Assembly: GCA_964415355.1 (NCBI GenBank)
Contig: CAYPYS010000004.1
Coordinates: 27,220 to 91,219, forward strand
Direction: 5' to 3'
Origin: an uncultured Planctomycetia bacterium
GTDB taxonomy: Bacteria > Omnitrophota > Gorgyraeia > Gorgyraeales > Gorgyraeaceae
Length of the DNA stretch: 64,000 nucleotides
Position numbers and translations under genes: made by a program. The notes under the pieces are model-generated. The model ran no database searches and was not told the DNA's origin. It saw only the letters and a list, made by a program, of their open reading frames with translations. Positions 40,445-51,500 of this stretch are shown here, in pieces; positions within the stretch are counted from its first letter, which is position 1, and each line of letters starts with the position of its first letter.

Positions 40445-42181
40445 ATGATAAAATGTGGAAAAGTAGCTATAATGGTTGTTGTAAGCACAGCCTTTTTATT
40501 TACAAGCACGCTGCATTCTAACATATCTGCAGATACCTTGCGCCTTGAAGTTGGTCAAGGGGACGATACATTAGGGCGAATGGAGAAACTTTTGAAAACA
40601 AGGACATACGCTTATCCTGCCGGTGGCTTTGATGTAAGAGTTCGCAATCCTAATAACAATTATTATAACACTTCTCAAGGAGCTGTTTCTGTCGGGTTAT
40701 CTATGCAACATAGGTTATTATATCCAGATGTTGCAGATTATCCCACCGTAATTATTGCACCTAACGGAGATTGGACCGGCAAAGACGGCACTAATTTAAT
40801 GCAGATTTATTTTGCCATAGCATGTAATTTCTTCTTTCACAAAAGAAATGGAGTGGATAATCCAAAAACCACAATTGTGTGTAGGGCTGACCAGAAAGAT
40901 AGGATAATTGAGTATTTAAAGCTAGGCAACCCTTATTATTTGCCTAATAAGGCTAATTACCCCGAAGAGTTGATTAAGAGATTTGAGCGGGAAGCTATCT
41001 ATTTAGCAGATAGGGCAGTTATAGATGGGCAAATGCAAATGGCGGCACCATATCCTGATATGGTTACATTTGAGACATTCGATGAGAATTTAAATGAAGC
41101 AAGCATTGGGGATGTAGTGATAACAGATAAAAGAAATGGTACGTTTGCAGTTAATGATAAAGGGGAAGCAGAAGGCATCTTGGATGGTAGAAACTTGACA
41201 GAGCTCGAGTTAGAACTAGTAGGCGTAGAGCCTCTTTCTGATATACCAGAATTAGGAGTCACGTTTTTAGGAACTAGCAGTGGGATGGATGCAAATGGAT
41301 TGAGTAGTAGCCAAATTGTATGGGCAGGCGACCATCAGGTATTAGTTGATTTAGGGATAGCTACTGTTGGTGGGCTTAGGGCATTAGGTTTAGCGCCTTC
41401 CGATATTAGTCATATAGCTATTACTCATATGCATGAAGATCATGTTGCAGGTGCATTGCAGTATTTCCATTGGTGTAAGAGTATCGGCCATCCAATTCGT
41501 TTAATAATTGAACCTGGCATCTATGAGTTGTTCAAGGAACAGGCAAAACAAATATTAAATAATGACTTAGAGTCTGTTTATGATGTCGAGCTTGTCCCAA
41601 TAAAATTTTATGCAGCTATTGAGCTAGGCAAAGGAAGTGAAAAAGTTACAATAGAAGCTATCCCTGGATTTCACGGTACACCAGTGATGATGAATCGCTA
41701 TACTTACAAAGGAAAAACAATTAGCCATTCTAGCGATACTACATTTGACCCAATTCGTTTTGATAAGATTTTAGAGAACGACATGCCCGATAATATAAGA
41801 AAAGACTTATCGAGAGAGCTCGGGGTTGATAAAAATGTTCGCGTGTTTAATAAAGCTAGAGCAGATGAGCTTGCAGGTGTATTATTTGGGAGCAATGCTA
41901 CTGGAAACATGCCGTCCATTGTTATTTATGAAGGGGGCAATGCTGCAGCCTTGGGAGAGAATGCAAGCAATCATACAACGCCTTTTGCCTTTCAGACATT
42001 GACAGAATATGAGCAGAGGACAATATGGGTGAATCATGCTGCCAAATTGCCTGGAGACCAAGAGTTTCTCGTTAAACATGCTGCCCCAATAAGTACCTTA
42101 GCAGTAGATCTTAGGGAACTTACTGTTCAAGATGTAAATGTTATGTTATCAAATACTAAGGAGCTGCAGAGAAGCCTGTAA
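40445..42181 (+). CDS. Signal-peptide-bearing MBL-fold metallo-hydrolase (RNase Z-like motifs)
   Basis: FLGTSSG, LVDLG, THMHEDH (HxHxDH), FHG, SSDT, NH. The hydrophobic N-terminus starts at the ATG at 40445. Confidence 0.75.
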   Translation: MIKCGKVAIMVVVSTAFLFTSTLHSNISADTLRLEVGQGDDTLGRMEKLLKTRTYAYPAGGFDVRVRNPNNNYYNTSQGAVSVGLSMQHRLLYPDVADYPTVIIAPNGDWTGKDGTNLMQIYFAIACNFFFHKRNGVDNPKTTIVCRADQKDRIIEYLKLGNPYYLPNKANYPEELIKRFEREAIYLADRAVIDGQMQMAAPYPDMVTFETFDENLNEASIGDVVITDKRNGTFAVNDKGEAEGILDGRNLTELELELVGVEPLSDIPELGVTFLGTSSGMDANGLSSSQIVWAGDHQVLVDLGIATVGGLRALGLAPSDISHIAITHMHEDHVAGALQYFHWCKSIGHPIRLIIEPGIYELFKEQAKQILNNDLESVYDVELVPIKFYAAIELGKGSEKVTIEAIPGFHGTPVMMNRYTYKGKTISHSSDTTFDPIRFDKILENDMPDNIRKDLSRELGVDKNVRVFNKARADELAGVLFGSNATGNMPSIVIYEGGNAAALGENASNHTTPFAFQTLTEYEQRTIWVNHAAKLPGDQEFLVKHAAPISTLAVDLRELTVQDVNVMLSNTKELQRSL

Positions 42182-42208
42182 TACGAGTTATTATTAAAGA
42201 ATTTTTAC

Positions 42209-42227
42209 CAGTCACTATTTGGTCACT
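42209..42227 (+). repeat. Tandem GTCAC pair near attR (candidate arm-type site)
   Basis: GTCACTATTTGGTCACT is identical to 40111-40127. Confidence 0.65.
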
Positions 42228-42302
42228 AGCGATAATCTCCAAAATCATTATTTCATATAACTCACTATAAAATAATAAGTTACAATAACACAATCTCGTA
42301 TA

Positions 42303-42360
42303 GACATCAGATTTTCGATCTGACGACACCGGTTCGAATCCGGTTGGGGACGCCAATCTT
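42303..42360 (+). repeat. Duplicated 3' part of tRNA-Glu (attR)
   Basis: 58-bp identity with 39916-39973; lacks the 5' acceptor strand and most of the D arm. Confidence 0.95.
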
Positions 42361-42374
42361 GCCAGCCCCATACT

Positions 42375-42411
42375 TAACTTTACACTTTAACGTTGTTGAA
42401 ATGTAAAGTTA
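42375..42411 (-). repeat. 37-bp element copy 4 (reverse), inside a terminator-like loop
   Basis: Identical to copy 3; flanked by AGCCC (42364) and GGGCT (42413) plus a T-rich run. Confidence 0.95.
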
Positions 42412-42427
42412 AGGGCTTATTTTTTGC

Positions 42428-42525
42428 TTGCCCAATACCCCGCTATTATGGTATAATTATCAACAATAGATATAAGAACAATATAGCCTTTATATCAAGG
42501 ACAAGGCTATTTTTTTGCCTAGCTT
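42428..42525 (+). promoter_or_regulatory. Promoter plus conserved terminator-like 5' leader (copy B)
   Basis: TTGCCC-18-TATAAT (TGn). Hairpin ATAGCCTT-TATATCAAGGAC-AAGGCTAT plus T-run at 42483-42516; ATG 9 nt later. Confidence 0.7.
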
Positions 42526-45500
42526 ATGTTAAACTTTAAAAAACTATTAACTTGTAAGATCGTATCAGCATTTTTGGCTCTAACATTATGCCTTACATCT
42601 ACATGCTATGGCATAGAGCTACCTAAAAGATCCCACCTAAGAGCCCCGATTATGGGGAATTCCGAAAAAGGCAGAGAAAGGCTAGAAGATACCCTATCTG
42701 TTGTTTCTGGGATAAAAGATGCGGCAGATGCGAAGATTATCAAGAAAGACATCAGGAAGATATTATTAATAAATGCTGCGCCTAGGGCAAAGGGGCTGGA
42801 TGTCCGGCCGCCTTTTTCTTTGTATGGCTTATACATGGTTTTAAAGAAAGAATTTGGCGACAGGGTAGAGATTAAAGTTTTGGATCTTGCTATACAAGAT
42901 GCGGATTTCAAGATAAAAGATTATCTTATTCAAGAAGGACCAGATCTCGTTGGGGTTTCGACCAGTTGTTCATTTTATGCTGGTTTTGCCGAAGAAATGT
43001 CAAGAGTGGCTAAAGAAGCTCTCCCTGAGACAGTGTTAGTTAATGGAGGCATTCATGCCTCAGTGGTGCCATTTGAGGTTGTCCAAGAGAGCCCGCTGGA
43101 TTTTCTTGTTCAGGGCGACGGAGAGATTGTTTTCCCTGAGGCATTAAGGGTCATCATGGATGGCGATGGCGATATAAGTAAAGTGGGGGGTATTTGGTAT
43201 ATAGATTCTAATGGTCAGCCAGCTAGCACCGGTAATCCTGTGTTCCCGTCCCTTGACGATTTACCATTGGGTGTCCCAGATATATTGGACGAGGTAATAG
43301 GGAAATACGATTTATCATCTCCTTATTTTGGAGGAGAAAAGGCCTGGCAGTTATTTTGCAGCCGCGGCTGCCCTGTGGGGTGTAAGTTCTGCGCTGTAGA
43401 GGCTATATCAGGTCAAAAAATCCGCGCGATGAGCCCTGAGAGGGTTGTTGCAGAAATAAAACATATTGTAAGAAGATATAATATACATAATTTTAATTTT
43501 ACCGACGACTTTTTCACATTCAATATAGAGCGGGCCAGAAAGATCAGCGAGCTAATTCTCCAGGATCAGGAACTTTCTAATGTGAAATGGAAGATCACCA
43601 CAAGGGCTGACAGGCTTCCTGAGGATTTGGTAGAGATCATGGCAAGGGCAGGCTTGATACATATTAGTTTTGGAATAGAGAGCCCAGATCCTACAGTTTT
43701 AAAAGCGATACAGAAGAGCGCATCAGTAGGTTCTTATAAAAAAGCCACAGCGTTAGCGCATAAATATGGGATAAGGGTAAGGCATCTTTTGATGGCGGGG
43801 TTGCCTGAGCAGGATGAGCAGAGCATTGATAAAACAATAGATTTTTTAGAAGAGGCTAGGCCTGATGAAATATTTGTCGCTATATATACACCTTTTCCCG
43901 GAAGCGAATATTCTAAAAACCCGGAGTTATACGGCTTTCTACCCACTCATATAAGTTATGAAGATATGATTATGAGGGAAGTTGTACAAGAAGGAGACAT
44001 TGTTAAGCCGGTCGTCGCTGTGCCAACAAGATGGATGACAGCCGAAGAAATTTTAAGAGCGCGAGACAAAATCGTCACGGCGTTTGAAGAAATACAGAAA
44101 AAGGATATCAGGGGTCTCTTGAAAAACTTAAGGAGTCCTGATATGGAGACCCGCAAGATAGCAGCGCGGAGATTGCGTTACGTTAGTAGCGCACAACCAA
44201 AAACGTGTGAAGATGTGCTTGAAGAAGCGTCCCAGGGTTTAGTGGAAAGATTTCGAGATAAAAACAGGTTGGTTCTCGCGCTGGCTGGCCCAGGGGCTTC
44301 TGGAAAATTTACATTATACGCAGAACGTTTTAAAGCTTTCTTCAGTAGGGCTCTTTCTGTAACGCCGGATTCCGTTGTTATGCTTACCGACAATAATTAC
44401 CTCCTGCCGATATCAGAACGAAGGGATTTAGATTACTTGAGCAAATTTGAGATAGATAGATGGTTTAAAAATATAAGACTTTTACAAGAAGGGGAGGCGA
44501 TTTATTCGCCGCTATACGACAGGCTCAGGAACGATCGTTTAAGGATAGATGAAGAGATTATTGCGGAAATACTACAGAACAGAGGGGGTGAGTTGCAAGA
44601 CGGGACAGAGCCTGTCTATAGATTTGAGATAGAGGGCATAGAGATGGAGGGCGAGGAACTGGAGGAGATATACATCGACATCAATCCCGCAAATAATAGT
44701 GTCCGGGGTGAATTTGACATTCTGGAGAAGATTGATCCAGAAGGAAAGATTATTGTTGTCAAGGCAACCATTTGCTTATTGGACCCAGAGATAAATGATG
44801 GATACGATGAGAGATTTTTCGTGCAGTCAGATTTCAGTACTAGATTGATTAGGGGCGTGAAGCGCTGGAGAAAAGGAATGGGCAGGCAGCCGAGAGAAGC
44901 TGAATACATAGATATTCTCAAAAAAAGGCGGGCTATAGAGGATGATCCATATATTCTCCCTACAAGGATGGCTGCCAGATTTGTGATAGAAAATAATATT
45001 ACAACCCTAGAGCTAGAAGAAGCGCTAAGGGACAGCAATCCAGAAGTACGACGAATAGCGAATGAATTATCGGCATCTATGTCATCGTTGCATGCCTCTG
45101 GCAAAACGTCTCCCAAGGAATCACGCAATATTTACAATCCTCTGGTATCCCTGCGCGAAAATCGCGACCTGGAAACTTTTATTGAAATATGGCTGACCAG
45201 GCGCTATGACTCTTGGGGGCTCCGCGAAGACTTAGCAAAAGATATACTAGAGACCCTTTTACGTTACGCAGAGGATCTGGAACAAGCCATAAATCGTTTA
45301 TATTCGGAGGTCATTGATTTTGAGACTGATGAGGCGTGGCAAGAAGCATATAGCCGCTATAAGGAAGAGGTGAAATACGCAGATACCTATAATCAGATGG
45401 ATGTATATCTCGGGGGCCTGCCGGATGACTCAGTCATTGTTGACGTTGGGGCCGGGAATAATATGCTAGGTAAACTAATCGCAACTAAGCACCCCGGTTT

Positions 45501-48500
45501 TTCTGTGATAGGGACGGATGCGTATGATTATCATGAAGAACATGGCCTTGAGAATCTTGTCTTTCTCGTTCAACCAAGGCCTTTAAATATCCCATTGGAC
45601 GATAGATCCGCGGATATCGTGATTATGAATGCGATGTTACATCATGTGTCTCCGGATGACATGGGGGCTTTTTTACAGGAAATTCGCAGAGTGCTTAAAC
45701 CGGGAGGAAAAGTGATTCTGGTCGAGGACACTTACTCAATAACCCTCCCAGTTGAAAATGAGGCAACTGATAGTGAACTAACCAGCGAATTCTTAGACCT
45801 AGTTCGAGAACATGGCGATGCATTTGCGAAGCAATTTTTTGTTTTTGATGATTGGTATAGTAATTTGGTGGTGCATAAATGGCTCGGCATGTCTGTTCCA
45901 TACAATTTCCATTCAATGGAAGAATGGCAGGAGATATTTCAGTCCCATGGATTTGAGTTGGCACATGCGCGTCATACTGGTTTTCCGCAGAGGTCATTTC
46001 ACAAGCCGAATGTCGGAGTTCTGTTGTTTACAAATACCCAGGGTATTGAGGCTGATGCGATTACAATGGCAGCAGAAGCTGTGGATGAGTTTTTGGGCAC
46101 AGGGGAGCAGTTTGCCAAGCTTGCGCAGAAATATCCTTACGTAATTAAGATTGCAACAGAGGCGCTAGATAGGTCTGCTGCTGAATTTGCCTACGGCCTG
46201 AAGATCCTGGGCTCTTCGCCTGGAGAATTGCGCAAAGGAGTTTTGGAACTCGATGCGCTTTTCGCAGAGAGTCTTGGTCTTTCTGAGCCAGACACAGTCG
46301 ATGCCCTTAGGGAGATCATGCAAGCGGTCTTTGATAAGGCAGATCCCAAAGATGGCTATTTCTTAAAAGAGGAAAAACTTCAGGAGCTCCTTTACGAGCA
46401 TCCTCCGTTGCAGTTGTTAAAAGATGCAGGAATGTCCCTGGATCAGGTAATCCAGGAATATGGGGTCTATGAGGTCTTCAGCGTTGTCAGGCTTACTGAG
46501 CCGCTTGAGCATCTCGAGAGACTCTTAGAGGCGTATAACGCGCTCACGCCAGAAGATTTTGAAAAAAGGCCTCTCAAGCTGTTCGCGTTTTCCAGAGACC
46601 GTTATCCGGCCGCGCTAAAGATACTTGATAAAAAATTGACGGTTTGCAACGATAAACTCGCAGGGACTGTTATAGCAGTTCCATATAGCCCGGACCATGA
46701 TGAGCAATACGCTGCGCGCACGCTTAGAATATTGGGGCGGACAGTACACTATCTTTATGAGGTAATGACGTATTCAGATTTTTATGAGTCGCTTGTCTTG
46801 CTGGACCGAGAACATTTTGGCGCGCGTCTGGCAGATGCGATGCGGGGATACGGCCATCTCTACGGCGACGACCTAACGCTTAAGTCATCTGTTGTGCCAT
46901 TTTTCCACCCGCATCATCTACAGGAGATCATGTGCTGGGAATCCAGCGTGGAGTTATTGCATGTGCTTGCTTCAGACATACCGGGGCTGGATGGAACTCT
47001 TGCGAAGTATCAGAATACGCTCAGGGCGCTGGAGTTTTTGTCAGGAGAACAAGAGGAGCGCCTTGTGTCATTGGGCCTCCTGGACCTGATCTCCATCGCC
47101 ACGAAATCCTATGACACCACATACCTTACTCGCGAGATGGTCCGCGCGGATATCTATGCGCGGGCTGTAGGCGACAAGGGAGAAGCCTACTTGCTTGTAA
47201 AGCACAATCTTGATAAATTTGACATAGCAGATCTTTTGTCGCCAGATTCTGTGCGCAATCCTGCAAATCCAGAAACGCAGATCTTTAAAGATGTTCTCAG
47301 GGCAGTAAAAGAAAAGGATTACGACTTTTTAAGAAAAACCATTCCTGCGCTTATGCAGATGATGGAAGAGGCTCTTAAAGAAGAAAATGAAAATGCTGCG
47401 CATGACATCTATACCCACCTGATATATTCTATACACGCGTTAGAGAGAAGAGATGGCAGAAAAGGGGTTGAAAGATTTCATGCCAGGGCCGCGGCTCTTC
47501 ATATAGAGTTAAGAGCTCTGGCTGAAAAAATAAGCGCATCTTCGGAGCCTGTCTCTATCGAAAGAATCAAAGAGCTTATCATCGAAAATTTTATAGGCGA
47601 GCGAGAGTTAAGCTATTGGTCTATAGCTGAAAAACTGGGGATCAAGACATTTTATGTTATGGAGGCAATGGATGCGCTTGCAAAGGAAGGAAGGCTTATT
47701 AAGAGAGAGACCGATGAGGCGATTACGTATATCTGGGCTATTTCCGGCGGGTCAGGGCAAGACCATGAACAGGAGGAAGTCAAGGGCTCTCCTCCGGCAG
47801 TATTTGGCGTGTTGTCTGATGGTAAGCCGCGCACCAAAGAAGAAATCGCCGCCGCATTGAACCGCGCTGTCCGCACGATCGAGCCGGATCTCTACTTTTT
47901 GCGCGACTCTATGCTGCTTGATATAGGCAAAAGGCAGGGGAAAAACACATACGCTGTTAAAGCAGGGTTACTTAAAGAGCAAGGACTGATAACGATAATA
48001 CAGGAGATCCTGGATAGGGAATTTCAACCCGGCAGCATAACGAAAAATCTCAGAAATAGAGACAGGAGAGAAAGAATCAAAGAAACAATATTAGATGAGA
48101 TTACATCTTTTGAAAGCCCGAATGTCCTGGGCGATTTGTTTTCCGAAGACAAGCAGGCGGTCTACGAGGTATTCAGCGACGAGAAAGAGCTGGGCGATAT
48201 AGCAGAGTCGAGCAGCAGTTATGTGAGCAGGGTCGAGGAGAAAAAGTTTTTTACGCCTGCGCCTTTAGAAGGGTTGGCGGAAAGACACATTATGTGGGAT
48301 TTTATCAGGAGCCCGTCAACTGATCTGACGCAGATAATAAAAAGACAGGATTTATTAGAGGCCCTGGAAAAATCAAGCTCATTGCAGCTTGCCACTGATC
48401 TGAAAAACAGGTCTTACCTTATTCATAAAGGCATCGAAGGGCTTTTTGCCCCGGTTGACGTGAGTGAATATCATCGGGAGCCGGCCTTATATGCATACAG

Positions 48501-51500
48501 GCACGGTCACGGCGATACGCATTATATAAGGCAGCATGTAATGGGATGTCTGGATAGTATAAAAGAGGGGAAAGATGCTTTAGGTGAACTTATCGAAACG
48601 CTCTCGGGCATAGATGCGGTAATTATTAAGGAAGTGGTCGGAGTCCTTGAAAAAGGCCTGGCGAGCGTCGAGTATTTGAATAATGATTATTTTCTTGATC
48701 AAGCATATGACGAGTGGGACGCCAAGCGTTTAAGCGGCGGACTTAATAATAATTTAATGCGCCTGGGCGCGATGATAGAATTCGCGAATATTATAGTGAA
48801 GGACGGATATTCTAGGGCTGATTTTCACGCTGACCAGGCTGCCGGATACAAAGGGGGCTGGAATTTTGTGAGAGAGAAAAAAGGCGATAAGCCGCAGTCT
48901 CTGAATGATTCACCAAAGGACACGCTTATAACTATCCTGTGCGGGGCGAATATGGGAGGAAAGTCCTTTCATCTCGCGCAGAATTTCTATATGCAGCTCC
49001 TGGCGCAGAGCTTCGGATACGTGCCTGCTAAAAAAGGCAACTTCAGGATATACGATTCATTTCTATATCTAGACAGGGCGTCTACAGAGTCTTATTATGA
49101 CCTGAGCGCCTATGGTGTTGATATCACGCACTGGGTGGCGGCATTGGAGAAGATGACGGGCAGGACATTTATGCTCGTCGACGAAGGCCTTTCTACCACT
49201 TCGGCAGAAGATCAGTATTATATGCTTATGGCCATAGCAGAATACCTTAAAGGCCGCGGCGGAAGGACGCTCCTGGCAACGCATAACGAGGCATTTATAA
49301 ATAATTACACGCAGGAGAAAGATGCGGGTATATATCATTTCCCATTTACGATCGAGGAAAAAGAAGACGACGGCAAAGAGATAAACTATTCTTATAAACT
49401 GACACAGGGCCCGGGTGATTCCAGGGCGCTGGATGTGGCAGAGGCGTTGGGCCTGCCCGAGGAATTGATAGAGCTGGCCGCGCAATATCTCCGAGACGCA
49501 GTTAAAGAGGTAAGGCCGCTGGTTGATTCTGAATGGAGAAATCCCGAGCGTTATACAGAAGAGGAGCGCCAGGCCTTAAAGAAACAAGGATACAGAACGA
49601 TTTTTGGCACAGAGAAGGAAGAAGAGGAAAAGGCATTTCAATTATTCAGCAAAGACCGTGAATTTCAGCATTCGTTTTTTACAGGGACTCACATTGAAAC
49701 AGGAGAGAGATTTGAGGATAGAAAGTTCGGAGGGTGGCGTTACGATGGCTCTATGCTGGGAGGCTCTTTGATCCTTCAGCTATTGACAGAGAATAAGAGG
49801 CTTGAGCCACAGGAGATCCTGGAGCGCCAGAGGATGTTCGGGGAATTGTCCGAGAATGACAGGTATGAAGAATTAAAAGACATAGGATATAAGCTTGTCT
49901 GGATGCTGGAATTTATACCTATGTATTATATGCTAACAGGCAACAGTGGATTTTTGGATTTTAACAGGGTATTAAAACCACAGAGCTCTGAGCTGCGTCC
50001 TGGCAACGAGCGCATGCTGAGCACGCTGGAATACTGCATTATGTTTCTGCGGATGAACCAGAAGATATTAGGCGAAGATTTCTCCGAGAGATTCACCGAA
50101 TTACTCAAGAGGCTTGAGAGAGGCAAAGAGCTTTTGCTCTCCTACGAAGAACATGTTGCGAATCAGGACATACTTGAGATACAGGCATTGCAAGCGGATG
50201 AGTATGACCGAGAGATAACCGACGAGGAAATAATCAGGGAGTATCTCGAGCTTGCCAGCGATGAACCTGACAGGGAAAAGTGGCAGGGCCGGCTGACGCG
50301 GCGCAGGATAAGAGAATATATGACGTGGCTCAAGGAACATGATAGAGAGAGATGGAGAGAGATAGAGTGGTGGCATTATGACGGGAACCATCCTCTGAGG
50401 GAGCTGATAAATAAAGTCATGCTGGGGTATAGTGCGATATCGGTTATGCATGATAGAGGAGGGGATTTTGACGCAGAGCAGGTAAGAGATGAATTTATTG
50501 CGCTCGCTGATGAAGAGCCGCTGGAGGCAAAGGAAAGGTGGGGGCACAGGATAACAGTCGGGAGGATCCAGGAATACCTGGATTTCCTACTGCAGAAGCA
50601 TGGTCACTATACGCGCGATGAGAATACAAAGGAAAAGATAAATACTGTCAATGATTTAAGGCATAATGTCTCTTCTACGCAGAGAGGGTTGGGCATCGAG
50701 GATAAAGAGATTCGCGCGATATTCGATTCTTTATTCGGCATAAAAGGCGATTACAATGACAGGGTGTTTGATGACAGGATATTTCGTTCCCTTACCGATC
50801 TTTTTCAGGCGTTTGAGCATATCAATAAAAAGATGCCTCCGAAGTCGATATTCGAATGCGATTTAGAATCTATCAAGGAAGAGATACGCTTTTTTGCGAG
50901 CTATTATAGAGAAAGATACAAAGAAGCAGATCTCGCGTATGACAGTAGATGGCCCAGGCCTCTGGTCCTTAGTTTTATTTTGGAGATGCTCGTGGAAGAG
51001 AAAGACTGGATCCGGGAATTTCTCGGCATATTAAGAAGCTATGACTCAGTGCATCTGCATCAGATGGCTGGTTCTCTCGAGGCAGGATTCAGGGATCTTC
51101 TATCAATAATCAAAGAAGACTGGTGGTTTAGAGAAAGCAAGGTGCTTTTTGGCTTTGAAGAAGAAACCCTGGTAGAGCTTATTAGAAATGATATAAAAGA
51201 GGCCAGGAGATATTTTAAAAGACAGAAAGAAAATATAGAGCCTTTATGTACAAGAGAGGAACTGGAGGCAATCGAGCTAGAATTAGAACAGGGTTCCAGC
51301 GAGAAATTGCTTAACCTGATCGACAGATTTAACGGCATGGGGCCCGAGGCATTGTATGAGATATTAAATTCAGTTTATGAAAGCCAGATGGAAGAGATGT
51401 TGCGTGATTACGCCGGTGTCTCGCGCGCATACAGCAGGATTTTTGCAGAGCACTATTTTCTGGGAAGCAGTGAAAGCGTCAAGTATATCAGGACTATCTT

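Larger units (their letters stand above)
39916..42360. mobile_element. Integrase-less genomic islet at tRNA-Glu, bounded by 58-bp direct repeats (attL 39916-39973, attR 42303-42360)
   Basis: GACATCAGATTTTCG...GGGGACGCCAATCTT is present twice; one cargo gene; tandem TGG(T/A)CAC pairs near both ends. Confidence 0.85.

Noticed and set aside
39974-42302. Prophage
   Set aside because: Only 2.3 kb with one non-phage gene; no integrase or structural genes.
42303-42355. Second tRNA-Glu gene
   Set aside because: It lacks the first 25 nt, so it cannot form the acceptor stem; it is an att duplication.
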